Assembly: GCA_031372565.1 (NCBI GenBank)
Contig: JANMLN010000103.1
Span: forward strand, 1-24,549
Length of the DNA stretch: 24,549 bases
Source: Gemmatimonadota bacterium
GTDB lineage: Bacteria > Gemmatimonadota > Gemmatimonadetes > Gemmatimonadales > Gemmatimonadaceae
Direction: 5' to 3'
In this document: in pieces, positions 8,730 through 17,218 of the stretch
Position numbering within the stretch: the stretch's first letter is position 1
How the letters are laid out: each line of letters opens with the position of its first letter
Notes under the pieces: model-generated
The model's database searches: none
The model's input: only the letters and a program-made list of their open reading frames with translations
Told to the model about the DNA's origin: nothing
Program-made: the position numbers and the translations under genes

Positions 8730-9496
8730 ACGCGATGACGCCTCCCAAGATCGCGGTCGAACGGCTGACGGTGCGCCATGGCGACGACGTGGCGCTCCGG
8801 GACTGCACCCTGGCGTTCGCTGCGGGCGGCATTCACGCCGTGATCGGGCCGGCGGGCGGTGGCAAGACGTCGCTGCTGCGCGCACTCAATCTGCTGGCGG
8901 TGGAACTGGATGGCGCCGTGCTCGAGGGGAGCATCCGCCTCGATGGCGAGGAGATCACGGGCTGGACCTCCGCCGATCAGCGGGCCGCACTGCGACGGCG
9001 GGTGGGACTCGTGTTCGCCACCCCGACGCCGCTGCCGCAGTCCATCCGCGACAACGTGGCCTTCGGTGCGCGCGTCGCGGGCGCGGACGCGCGCACCCTC
9101 GACGGCCTCGTCGAACGCAGCCTCCGTGCTGCGCAGCTGTGGGACGAGGTGAAGGACCGCCTCGACCTCGCCGCGCTCGCGCTGTCGGGCGGGCAGCAGC
9201 AACGGTTGTGCCTCGCGCGTACCCTCGCGCTCGAGCCCGACGTGGTGTTGCTCGACGAACCGACCTCCGGTCTCGACCCGATCTCCACCGGCATGATCGA
9301 GGCAACGCTGCGCACGCTCACGCCGCGCGTCACCGTCATCTTCGTCACCAACAACCTCCGGCAGGCCGAACGCGTCGGCGACACGACCAGTTTCTTCCTC
9401 ATGGGGGAGCTCATCGAGCACGGTCCCACGCGTCGTGTCTTCGACGCGCCGCTCGATGAACGGACGCGCGGCTACGTGGCCGGGAGTTTCGGGTGA
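8726..9496 (+). CDS. pstB: Phosphate ABC transporter ATP-binding subunit PstB1 (degenerate A-, Q- and H-loops)
   Basis: Start ATG 8726 (ATGA overlap with pstA). Walker A GPAGGGKT, LWDEVKDRL, LSGGQQQRLC, LLDEPTSGLDP, and C-terminus RTRGYVAGSFG. Confidence 0.9.
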   Translation: MNAMTPPKIAVERLTVRHGDDVALRDCTLAFAAGGIHAVIGPAGGGKTSLLRALNLLAVELDGAVLEGSIRLDGEEITGWTSADQRAALRRRVGLVFATPTPLPQSIRDNVAFGARVAGADARTLDGLVERSLRAAQLWDEVKDRLDLAALALSGGQQQRLCLARTLALEPDVVLLDEPTSGLDPISTGMIEATLRTLTPRVTVIFVTNNLRQAERVGDTTSFFLMGELIEHGPTRRVFDAPLDERTRGYVAGSFG

Positions 9497-10275
9497 GCGC
9501 GGCCGCGGATCGTGCGGGCGCGCCGCTCGCCATTCAGGTCCAGTCGCTGCACCTGCATTACGGCACGTTTCACGCGCTCAAGGACGTGACGCTCGACATC
9601 GCGGCGCGGCGCATCACCGCGCTCATCGGCCCATCGGGATGCGGAAAGTCGACACTGCTGCGGTCGCTCAACCGGATGAATGACCTGATTGCCGGCGTGC
9701 GCGTGCGCGGGAGTGTGCAGCTCGCGGGGGTCGACATCTACGCCGCAGGCGCTGATGTCGAGGGGCTTCGCAAGCGGATCGGCATGGTCTTCCAGCGGCC
9801 GAATCCGTTTCCGCTGTCCGTGTTCGAGAACCTGGCATTCGGACCGCGAGCGCACGGGGTTCGCCGCCGGGATGAACTCGAAGCCGTGGCGGAGCAGAGC
9901 CTGCGCGCGGTGGATCTCTGGGAAGCGCTCCGCGACCAGCTCGGCACGGTCGCGACACGCCTGCCGCTCGAGCAGCAGCAGCGGCTCTGCATCGCGCGTG
10001 CCCTCACGGTGAACCCGGAAGTCCTGCTCATGGACGAGCCGTGTTCGGCGCTCGATCCGAGGGCCACGGCCCACGTCGAGGCGCTGATGCGCGTACTCGC
10101 GGAGCAGTACACGATCGTGATTGTCACGCACAACATGCAACAGGCGCGCCGTGCCTCCGACGTCGCGGCGTACATGCTGCTGGGTGACCTCGTCGAGCAC
10201 GGAACAACGGCGCAGCTCTTCGATGCTCCCCGCGATACGCGAACGGCGGAGTACATCGCGGGGAAGTACGGCTGA
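9493..10275 (+). CDS. pstB: Phosphate ABC transporter ATP-binding subunit PstB2 (degenerate signature motif)
   Basis: GPSGCGKSTLLRSLNRMND, GMVFQRPNPFP, LMDEPCSALDP, VTHNMQQA and YIAGKYG motifs. The signature reads LPLEQ. GTGA overlap with pstB1. Confidence 0.93.
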   Translation: MSAAADRAGAPLAIQVQSLHLHYGTFHALKDVTLDIAARRITALIGPSGCGKSTLLRSLNRMNDLIAGVRVRGSVQLAGVDIYAAGADVEGLRKRIGMVFQRPNPFPLSVFENLAFGPRAHGVRRRDELEAVAEQSLRAVDLWEALRDQLGTVATRLPLEQQQRLCIARALTVNPEVLLMDEPCSALDPRATAHVEALMRVLAEQYTIVIVTHNMQQARRASDVAAYMLLGDLVEHGTTAQLFDAPRDTRTAEYIAGKYG

Positions 10276-10414
10276 GCGTGCCGTGCGTCGGTGCCACCGT
10301 GAATCGATGATGTCGTGGATCGCGCGCACCGGACCGTTCCCGTCGCCGTGGAAGACCTTGCGCTGCCTGAGGTCGGGCTGGATCACGACACCGCAGCTTC
10401 ACGAACCGACCCGG

Positions 10415-10433
10415 GCGCGCCGAGACGGCGCGC
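10415..10433. terminator. GC-rich hairpin between convergent pstB2 and the small membrane protein gene
   Basis: GCGCGCCG-AGA-CGGCGCGC, a perfect 8-bp stem with no clear U-tract. Confidence 0.3.
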
Positions 10434-10453
10434 AGCCGACACACTGGCCTCGC

Positions 10454-10615
10454 CTACGCTCCGTACTCCGCGGCCTTCTTCCGCCCGTACCACAATCCCA
10501 CGCCGGTCCCGACGCCGCTCAGCAATACCGCCGTCATGATCCCGACCTGATCGCCGATGTACCACCCGAGCGTGCTCCCGACCGTCGCGCCGATGAAGCC
10601 GAACATCGCCTTCAT
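10454..10615 (-). CDS. Small glycine-rich membrane protein, 53 aa (absent from the ORF track)
   Basis: Hand translation: MKAMFGFIGATVGSTLGWYIGDQVGIMTAVLLSGVGTGVGLWYGRKKAAEYGA*. Strong GGAGG/GGAG RBS immediately upstream. Two hydrophobic GxxxG segments and a basic tail. Confidence 0.8.
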   Translation of the reverse strand: MKAMFGFIGATVGSTLGWYIGDQVGIMTAVLLSGVGTGVGLWYGRKKAAEYGA

Positions 10616-10657
10616 GCGCTCCCTCCACTCCTCCGCGCACGCGGCGCGTTCGCTCGA

Positions 10658-11107
10658 TCACCGTCGCTCGAATCGCCCCGTCTTCTTCTCCAGCACGATC
10701 CGGTAGGCCACCGCGCTGGGCACCGACTCATCCGCCTCGCCAGGCGAGGGTCGCCAATGCGTCGGCTTGGCGGCATGCGGTGTCATCATCGGTGCGAACC
10801 GACCCATGATGAACTCCATCGCCTTGGTCGCATCCGCGCCCCCCAGCTCCTCGTAGCGCCCCCACGCGATCACGCTCTTCCAGTTGAACAGATCGTCCAC
10901 GTGGTCCACTTCGACGCACACGTTCGCATGCGTGCGCAGCAGCCGCAGCTTGAGCCCGTCGTTGGAGTGTGCATACACGGCGTGGCCGTCGTACGCATAG
11001 TTGATCGGCACGACGTACGTGAGGCCGTCGGCATGAAGCCCGAGGCGCGCCACCCATTCCGATCTCAACAGGTTCTCGATCTCGGGACCGCTCAGTTCGC
11101 CCAGCAT
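10658..11107 (-). CDS. Pyridoxamine 5'-phosphate oxidase-like (split-barrel) flavin-binding protein
   Basis: ARLGL..YVVPINYAY, GLKLRLLRTHANVCVEVD, WKSVIAWG and KTGRFE motifs. AGGGAGG RBS spacing favours ATG 11107 over 11113. Confidence 0.88.
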   Translation of the reverse strand: MLGELSGPEIENLLRSEWVARLGLHADGLTYVVPINYAYDGHAVYAHSNDGLKLRLLRTHANVCVEVDHVDDLFNWKSVIAWGRYEELGGADATKAMEFIMGRFAPMMTPHAAKPTHWRPSPGEADESVPSAVAYRIVLEKKTGRFERR

Positions 11108-11209
11108 CAGCATCCTCCCTCGTTGCGGCGAGCATGGGGCCGGGAGCGCACTCCGGCCATCGGCACATCCCTGACAGCCGGGAAGGACCGACGCCGAGCG
11201 CGCGCCGCA

Positions 11210-11881
11210 CTACATCCCCGGTTGCTCCACCACGCGCACGCCTGTCGGTACGGTGAACCGGAACTCCGTGTCCTTCACGCTCGCGTTCGCACCGAACTTG
11301 GTGACCTTCACCGTCCGCATGACCCCGCTCGCATCGGTCGTCTCGAACTGCCGCACGTACGCGCTCTTCGCGTCCACCCACACCACCGCACGCGCGAACG
11401 GCGCATCGATCCCCTTCTTTGGCGTCAGGATCAGCGCGCGCGCGTCCTTGCCGTCGATGGGCGCGGTGCCCGCATCCTTCACGTCGTACCGCTTCCGCGG
11501 CTCGTTGAAGAACTGCGACAAGACGTCCACGCTGCCGGCCACCGCGTTCGCCTGCGCCCCCCCCATCGTCACACGGAAGACCTGCCCGGGGGTGCTGCTC
11601 GGCAGGAAGATCCAGAGGTTCTGCCCGTCGGCGATGATCATGTCGCCCTTGGGCTGCGTGAACCTGATCGACATCAGGCGAGGCCCCTTCTGCAGCATCT
11701 CGCCGCGCGCGGTCACGCTGCTTCCCGTGAGCGGATTCTGGATCACCTGATCGAACTGTACCTTGAGCGACTTGAGCGCGGTGTGGGCGCTGCTCGCGCG
11801 GTCCAGCATCGCTTCGGCATCCTGCGCACGCGCAGGTGGGGCCGCCCAGAGCAGGAGGGCGGCGGCAAGGAGTAGTCGCAT
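11210..11881 (-). CDS. lolA: Outer membrane lipoprotein carrier protein LolA family
   Basis: Likely start is ATG 11881, with signal peptide ending ARA-Q. Motifs LKVQFDQ, IIADGQNLWIFLP and FRFTVPTGVRVV. Confidence 0.85.
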   Translation of the reverse strand: MRLLLAAALLLWAAPPARAQDAEAMLDRASSAHTALKSLKVQFDQVIQNPLTGSSVTARGEMLQKGPRLMSIRFTQPKGDMIIADGQNLWIFLPSSTPGQVFRVTMGGAQANAVAGSVDVLSQFFNEPRKRYDVKDAGTAPIDGKDARALILTPKKGIDAPFARAVVWVDAKSAYVRQFETTDASGVMRTVKVTKFGANASVKDTEFRFTVPTGVRVVEQPGM

Positions 11882-11889
11882 GGTATCTG

Positions 11890-12942
11890 TTACCCGACCA
11901 CGACGGCTGCGGTCCCTGGCGACGGCACCACGCTCCGCCCGATCGCCTCCGCAATCGTGCGCAGCTCCACCATCAACTGGGTGAACTGGTCGGGATAGAG
12001 CGACTGCGCTCCGTCCGACAACGCACGGTCCGGCGTCGGATGCACCTCGACCAGGATGCCGTCCGCTCCGGCGGCCACCGCCGCGCGCGCCATCGGCGTG
12101 ACCAACGAGCGTACGCCGGTGCCATGACTCGGATCCGCCACCATCGGCAGGTGCGACGTCGCCTTCACCACGGGAATCGCCGTCACGTCGAAGACGTTGC
12201 GGGTCGCGGTATCGAAGCCGCGCAGTCCGCGCTCGCACAACACGACATGCGGGTTCCCCTCGGCCAGGATGTACTCGGCCGACAGCAACAAGTCGGTGAT
12301 CGTCGCCGACATGCCACGCTTGAGCAGCACCGGCTTGCCGATCTTGCCCACGGTGCGCAGCAGCGAGTAGTTCTGCATGTTGCGCGCGCCGATCTGGATC
12401 ATGTCGGCGACCTCGGCCACGCGATGCGCGCCCTCGTCGTCCATCGCCTCGGTCACGATCGGCAGTCCGGTCTCGCGGCGCGCGAGCGCCAGCAGTTCGA
12501 GCCCCTTGATCCCGAGCCCCTGAAAGGCATACGGTGACGACCGGGGCTTGTACGCGCCACCCCGCAGCGCCGTACCGCCGGCCGCCCGCACCGCGCGCGC
12601 CGACATGAGGATCTGCGCTTCGCTCTCCACCGAGCAGGGGCCGGCCACCACCACGATCTCGCTGCCGCCGAACGAGACACCGGGCGCAATGGTGACGATC
12701 GTGTTCTCGGGCTTCCACTCGCGCGAGACCTGCTTGTACGGCTTGGTGACGCTGATGACCTGCGCGACCCCTTTCAGGCCGCCGATGTGCGACCCATCGA
12801 CCTGGCTATCGTCGCCGATCAACCCGACTGCCGTGCGCTGTTCGCCCGGCATGGGCACCGGCGTGAAGCCGAGCGCCCGGATGGCGTCGCACACCGCCTC
12901 CACCTGCGCGGTTGTGGCGTCCGTCCGCATGACCACCAGCAT
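11890..12942 (-). CDS. aroF: 3-deoxy-7-phosphoheptulonate (DAHP) synthase, type I-beta with N-terminal regulatory domain
   Basis: Likely start is ATG 12942 (MLVVMR). Motifs [46 protein letters not shown] and EVHP..ALSDG. Confidence 0.95.
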   Translation of the reverse strand: MLVVMRTDATTAQVEAVCDAIRALGFTPVPMPGEQRTAVGLIGDDSQVDGSHIGGLKGVAQVISVTKPYKQVSREWKPENTIVTIAPGVSFGGSEIVVVAGPCSVESEAQILMSARAVRAAGGTALRGGAYKPRSSPYAFQGLGIKGLELLALARRETGLPIVTEAMDDEGAHRVAEVADMIQIGARNMQNYSLLRTVGKIGKPVLLKRGMSATITDLLLSAEYILAEGNPHVVLCERGLRGFDTATRNVFDVTAIPVVKATSHLPMVADPSHGTGVRSLVTPMARAAVAAGADGILVEVHPTPDRALSDGAQSLYPDQFTQLMVELRTIAEAIGRSVVPSPGTAAVVVG

Positions 12943-12946
12943 GACC

Positions 12947-13714
12947 TTACTCTCCGAGTTCGATGAACCAACCGTCGTGCGCAAGGCGCACGGGGCCGGC
13001 ATACACTGCCTGTACGATGCCGAGCACGTCGACGCGGTCGAGCGGCGGATACCGGTGCGTGAGCACCAGATGGCCCGGACGGGCCTCGGCCGCGAGCGCC
13101 GCACAATCCTCCGGCGCGAGGTGTCCCTCGACCGGCATCTCGCGGGGCAGGGAACACTCGGCGATGAGCACGTCCGCGCCCGTCGCCCAGCTGGCCAATC
13201 CCGCATCCGGACCGGTGTCGCCCGTATACACGAGGCGCCGCCCATCCCGATGAATGGAATATGCCACGCTCTCCGCCGTATGTGGCACCTTGAACGCCTC
13301 GACTTCGAAACCGCCTGCGAGCGTCCACCGGTCCCCGACCGGCAGTTCCCGCACGATCACGGGGAAGGTGTCCGGCGCGAGCATCCACGCGCCAAACAGC
13401 GCGGCCGTCCTTGCCATCATCTCGGCCGTGCCCACCGGACCGATGATCTCGACCGGTGCACTTCGCGGCGGCAGCTGCCCGTAGCGCCACGCGGTGATCA
13501 GCGTGGCGAGGTCGGTGATGTGATCCGCGTGAAAGTGCGTGATCAGCACGTGCGTGATCCCCGGCCAATCGAGACCGAGGCCGGCCATGCGATGCACGAC
13601 GCCACTGCCGCAGTCGAGGAGCAGGCGCGCGTCGCCCCCCTCGACCATCCATCCCGCATTGACCGCCTGCGCGGTTGGTGCGGCCGTGCCCGTGCCGACG
13701 GCCGTGATGCGCAC
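12947..13714 (-). CDS. MBL-fold hydrolase of the RNase Z/ElaC-AtsA family, short form without obvious exosite
   Basis: GTGTAAP, LLDCGSG, THFHADH, YTGDTG, GH and LVLTH motifs; 255 aa. Confidence 0.8.
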   Translation of the reverse strand: MRITAVGTGTAAPTAQAVNAGWMVEGGDARLLLDCGSGVVHRMAGLGLDWPGITHVLITHFHADHITDLATLITAWRYGQLPPRSAPVEIIGPVGTAEMMARTAALFGAWMLAPDTFPVIVRELPVGDRWTLAGGFEVEAFKVPHTAESVAYSIHRDGRRLVYTGDTGPDAGLASWATGADVLIAECSLPREMPVEGHLAPEDCAALAAEARPGHLVLTHRYPPLDRVDVLGIVQAVYAGPVRLAHDGWFIELGE

Positions 13715-13720
13715 CTCGGG

Positions 13721-16700
13721 TTACGCGACCGCGCCGGCGGCCACCGACTCCTCGACCGCCGAGCCGCGCATCCGCACGCTCACGAGCGAGCTGACCCCCG
13801 GCTCCTGCATCGTGACGCCGTAAACCGCGTCCGCCGCCTCGGTCGTGGTGCGCGGGTTGTGCGTGATGACGATGAACTGCGTGCGCGACTTGAATTCGTT
13901 GAGCATCCGCACGAAGCGGCCAACGTTGTTGTCGTCGAGTGGCGCGTCCACTTCGTCGAGGAGACAGAACGGGCTCGGCTTGGTCAGGAAGATGCCGAAC
14001 AGGAGCGAGAGCGCCACCAGCGCGCGTTCGCCACTCGACAGGAGGTGAATGCGCTGCGTGCGCTTGCCGCGCGGGCTCGCGTGGATCTCGATGTCGCCAT
14101 CGAGCGGCGTCTCGGGGTTCTCGAGTCGCAGGTCGCAATCACCGCCGCCGAACAGCGTCATGAAGATGTGGCGGAAGTTCTCGCGCACCTGCGTGAACGT
14201 GGCCAGGAACAGCTCGCGCGCCGTGGCGTCGATCTCGCGAATGGCCGTGGCCAGCGACTGCCGCGCCTCCGAGAGGTCATTGCGCTGCGCCGAGAGGAAC
14301 TCGAGGCGCTTGACCTCCTCTTCGTGCTCCTCGATGGCCAGCGGGTTCACCACGCCCAGCTGGTCCAGCTGCGTGCGCAACTCCGCGGCTTCGGTCGTCA
14401 ACTCCTCGTCCGAGAGTTCGAGCGGCGTGAGGGCCGCCATCAGGTCTTCGAGCGGACGACGCCATTCGGCCTCGAGCCGCTCGCGAATCGCTTCGCGCTT
14501 GCCGCCCAGCGACGTCAGGCGCAGTTCCGCATGATGCAGTTCGTCGCCCGCCGCGAGCACGCTCTTGCGGAGTTCATCGAGCGTGTACTGCGCATCCGAC
14601 AAGCGGCCGTCGACCGTTGTCACGGCCAGCTCGGCGTTGGACAGGTGCTGCTCGGCATCGCCCAACTGCGCTTGCTTGCCTTCGAGCGTGACCGTCCACT
14701 CGCCCAGCTGCGAGGCGAGCGCGCCATCGGTCTCGGCAATGGCGGCGAGTTCTCCCGCCAGCGCCTGCAGCCGCTGGGCCGAGGTCTGCTGCTCCTCGGT
14801 GAGACGCCGCTCGCGATCCGCCGAGACCTGCAACCGGGCGTCGGCGTGTGCGAGCGCGACCTGCCGCTCCGTCCGCGCCTCACGCGCGACGTCCTGCGTC
14901 TGCTCTGCGGTCGAGAGCGCGGCGCGCGCCGTCGTGAGCGCGTCGAGTGCCACGGCCTGCTCCGCGTCGAGCTGCTCGCTGCGCGCGGTCGCGGCCTGCG
15001 CCTTCTCGCCCAGTGCCACGCGGCGCTCGGTGAGCTTGGCCTTGAGCGCATCGGCATCGGCCACTTCACGGTCGGCGCGCACGAGCCGGCGGCCAACCTC
15101 CGACACGCGCTCTTCCTCACGACGCCGTTCGTGCTGTGCCAGCAGGAAGGCATCGTCCGCGGCGGTTGCGGCCAACTCGGCCGCTTCAGCCGCGCGCCGC
15201 TCGTCGTCGGCGGCCTGCGCCACCTGCTCGCGCGCCTCCTGTGCAGCGGTGAGTTCCGCCTGCAACGCGACCAGTTCGGCGCGACGCTGCAGCGGCCCGG
15301 GGCCGCCGGCCGTGCCCGGCAGCCAGATGGCACCGCGCTGGTCGATGAATGCCGCGCCGTTGTCGATCGTCTGCACGGCGCCCAGGAGCGCACGTGCCCA
15401 CGCCGCCACGGGTTCCGCCGTGCGCACCGACCCGCCCAGTGCGCCCGCCTCCTGTGTTCCGCCCGGCATTGCGTCCAACGGCAGGAGCAACAGCGGACCC
15501 GGATTGGCCGACGCATGCCACGCACGCACCTGCTCGGCTGCCGCGCGATCGCGTACCACCACCGCGTGCACGGTCGCACCGAGGAACCGTTCGACGAGCG
15601 CGGCCGCGCCGCTCTCCGCCGAGAGGAAGTCGGACAGCGGGCCCAGCACGCCATCACCGAACTGCGCCTTGGCCTGCAGCAGCTTGGCGGCCGCCGGTGC
15701 CAAGCCGACGCGCTCGCGCTCGAGTCCCTCGAGCGCGTTCGTCTTGCCTTGAATGGCGGCGACCGCTTCGTTCGAGCGCGTGAGCGCGTGACGACGCTCC
15801 GCCTCACGCGCGCGGGCCTCGCGCGCGGCCACGCGCGCCGCATCACGCGCCGTGGTCGACTCGGCGAAGCGCGCCTCCGCGATCGCCAGCGCCTCACGCG
15901 CTGCCTGCTCCTCGCGCCGCACGCTCGCGGCCTGATCGACCAGACGTGCATGCTCGGCGTCGAGTGCCGTGAGCCGTTCGGCCAGTTCCTGATCCTCGCG
16001 CTCGGCCGACTCACGGTCGAACCGCGCGCGCCGCAGCTGGTCCTGCGCGGCGCGCAGCACGCCATCGGCGCGATCGACGGTCGCGCGCGCGGCGGAGAGC
16101 GCCGCACGCGCCGTCTCCTCTTCGGTGGTCGCGATGCCGAGCGCCGCGCGCTCCTGCTCGACATCTCCGGTGCAGCGCGCCCGTTCGGTGGCGGCGAGTT
16201 CCTTCTCGCGCTCCACGCGCTCACCCATGGAGAGCCCCTCCTGCCGCTCGACTTCGGCGCGCTGCCGGCGCGCGGCGGCGTTCTTGTGACGCTCGTGCGC
16301 GACGGCAATCTCGCCTTGCAGCGTGGCCACGTCGGCGCGCTGTCCCGCAACCAGGCGCGCGAGCTCGGCGCGGCGCGCCTCGGCCGCGGTGCGCTCGGTG
16401 CTCGCATCTTCGCGCTGCTTCTCGGCCTCAGCCACGCGCAGCTCGGCTGCGGGCACGGCGTCACGAAGCGCGGTCACCTTGCCTTCGAGTTCGGTGAGCT
16501 CGTCCTTCCACGCGGCCATCTCGCGCGAGGAGAGCGTGAGCTCGACGCCAAAGCGGCGCTCGGTCAGTTCGCCGTGCTTCTCGGCGCGCTTGCGCTGGCG
16601 CGCGAGCGAGCGCACTTGCGACTGCACCTCGCCGATCAGGTCATCGAGTCGCGCCAGGTCCTGCGCCGTTTCCTCGAGCCGCCGTTCCGTGCTGCGACGG

Positions 16701-17218
16701 CGATCGCGATAGAGCCCGACACCGGCCGCTTCCTCGAACAGCTCGCGTCGGTCGTCGGGACGGTCGGACAGCAACGCGTCGATCATCTTCGACTCGATGA
16801 CCACGCCGGAGTCGGCGCCGAGCCCGGTGCCACGCACGAGGTCGTGAATGTCGCGCAAGCGACACGGGGCGCGGTTGAGCAGGTATTCGCTCTCGCCCGA
16901 GCGCGAGAGGCGGCGCGTGATGACCACTTCCTGGAACGGCACCGGGAGTGCGCCATCGTCATTGTCGAAGTACAGCGACACCTCGGCCAGGTTGACCGCA
17001 CGCCGGGACGACGACCCCTGGAAGATGACCTCCTCCATCTTGGCGCCGCGCAGCAGGCGTGCGCGCTGCTCGCCCAGCACCCAACGCACCGCGTCGGACA
17101 CGTTGGACTTGCCGCATCCGTTGGGGCCCACGATGGCCGTCACGCCCGCGTCGAAGACCATTTCGGTCACGTCCGCGAACGACTTGAAGCCGTGCATCTC
17201 CAGCTTGGTCAACCGCAC
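13721..17218 (-). CDS. smc: Chromosome segregation protein SMC
   Basis: GFKSF, Walker A GPNGCGKSN, long coiled coils, central hinge, signature LSSGE and Walker B/D-loop LLDEVDAPLD; 1165 aa. Confidence 0.97.
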   Translation of the reverse strand: MRLTKLEMHGFKSFADVTEMVFDAGVTAIVGPNGCGKSNVSDAVRWVLGEQRARLLRGAKMEEVIFQGSSSRRAVNLAEVSLYFDNDDGALPVPFQEVVITRRLSRSGESEYLLNRAPCRLRDIHDLVRGTGLGADSGVVIESKMIDALLSDRPDDRRELFEEAAGVGLYRDRRRSTERRLEETAQDLARLDDLIGEVQSQVRSLARQRKRAEKHGELTERRFGVELTLSSREMAAWKDELTELEGKVTALRDAVPAAELRVAEAEKQREDASTERTAAEARRAELARLVAGQRADVATLQGEIAVAHERHKNAAARRQRAEVERQEGLSMGERVEREKELAATERARCTGDVEQERAALGIATTEEETARAALSAARATVDRADGVLRAAQDQLRRARFDRESAEREDQELAERLTALDAEHARLVDQAASVRREEQAAREALAIAEARFAESTTARDAARVAAREARAREAERRHALTRSNEAVAAIQGKTNALEGLERERVGLAPAAAKLLQAKAQFGDGVLGPLSDFLSAESGAAALVERFLGATVHAVVVRDRAAAEQVRAWHASANPGPLLLLPLDAMPGGTQEAGALGGSVRTAEPVAAWARALLGAVQTIDNGAAFIDQRGAIWLPGTAGGPGPLQRRAELVALQAELTAAQEAREQVAQAADDERRAAEAAELAATAADDAFLLAQHERRREEERVSEVGRRLVRADREVADADALKAKLTERRVALGEKAQAATARSEQLDAEQAVALDALTTARAALSTAEQTQDVAREARTERQVALAHADARLQVSADRERRLTEEQQTSAQRLQALAGELAAIAETDGALASQLGEWTVTLEGKQAQLGDAEQHLSNAELAVTTVDGRLSDAQYTLDELRKSVLAAGDELHHAELRLTSLGGKREAIRERLEAEWRRPLEDLMAALTPLELSDEELTTEAAELRTQLDQLGVVNPLAIEEHEEEVKRLEFLSAQRNDLSEARQSLATAIREIDATARELFLATFTQVRENFRHIFMTLFGGGDCDLRLENPETPLDGDIEIHASPRGKRTQRIHLLSSGERALVALSLLFGIFLTKPSPFCLLDEVDAPLDDNNVGRFVRMLNEFKSRTQFIVITHNPRTTTEAADAVYGVTMQEPGVSSLVSVRMRGSAVEESVAAGAVA

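Noticed and set aside
8726..9496. pstB1 as a decaying pseudogene
   Set aside because: The frame is intact, the gene is coupled by overlaps on both sides, and the signature and Walker motifs are retained. Its losses complement those of PstB2 rather than being random.
3633..11209. Middle block as a mobile element or genomic island
   Set aside because: No integrase, transposase, terminal repeats or visible compositional shift. It is at most a variable region between convergent operons.
10121..11875. 584-aa + strand ORF and similar long Arg/Ala-rich alternative frames (1704-3350, 4037-5365, 18400-20010, 20586-21947)
   Set aside because: They overlap well-supported genes in other frames or on the other strand, and carry no recognisable domains.
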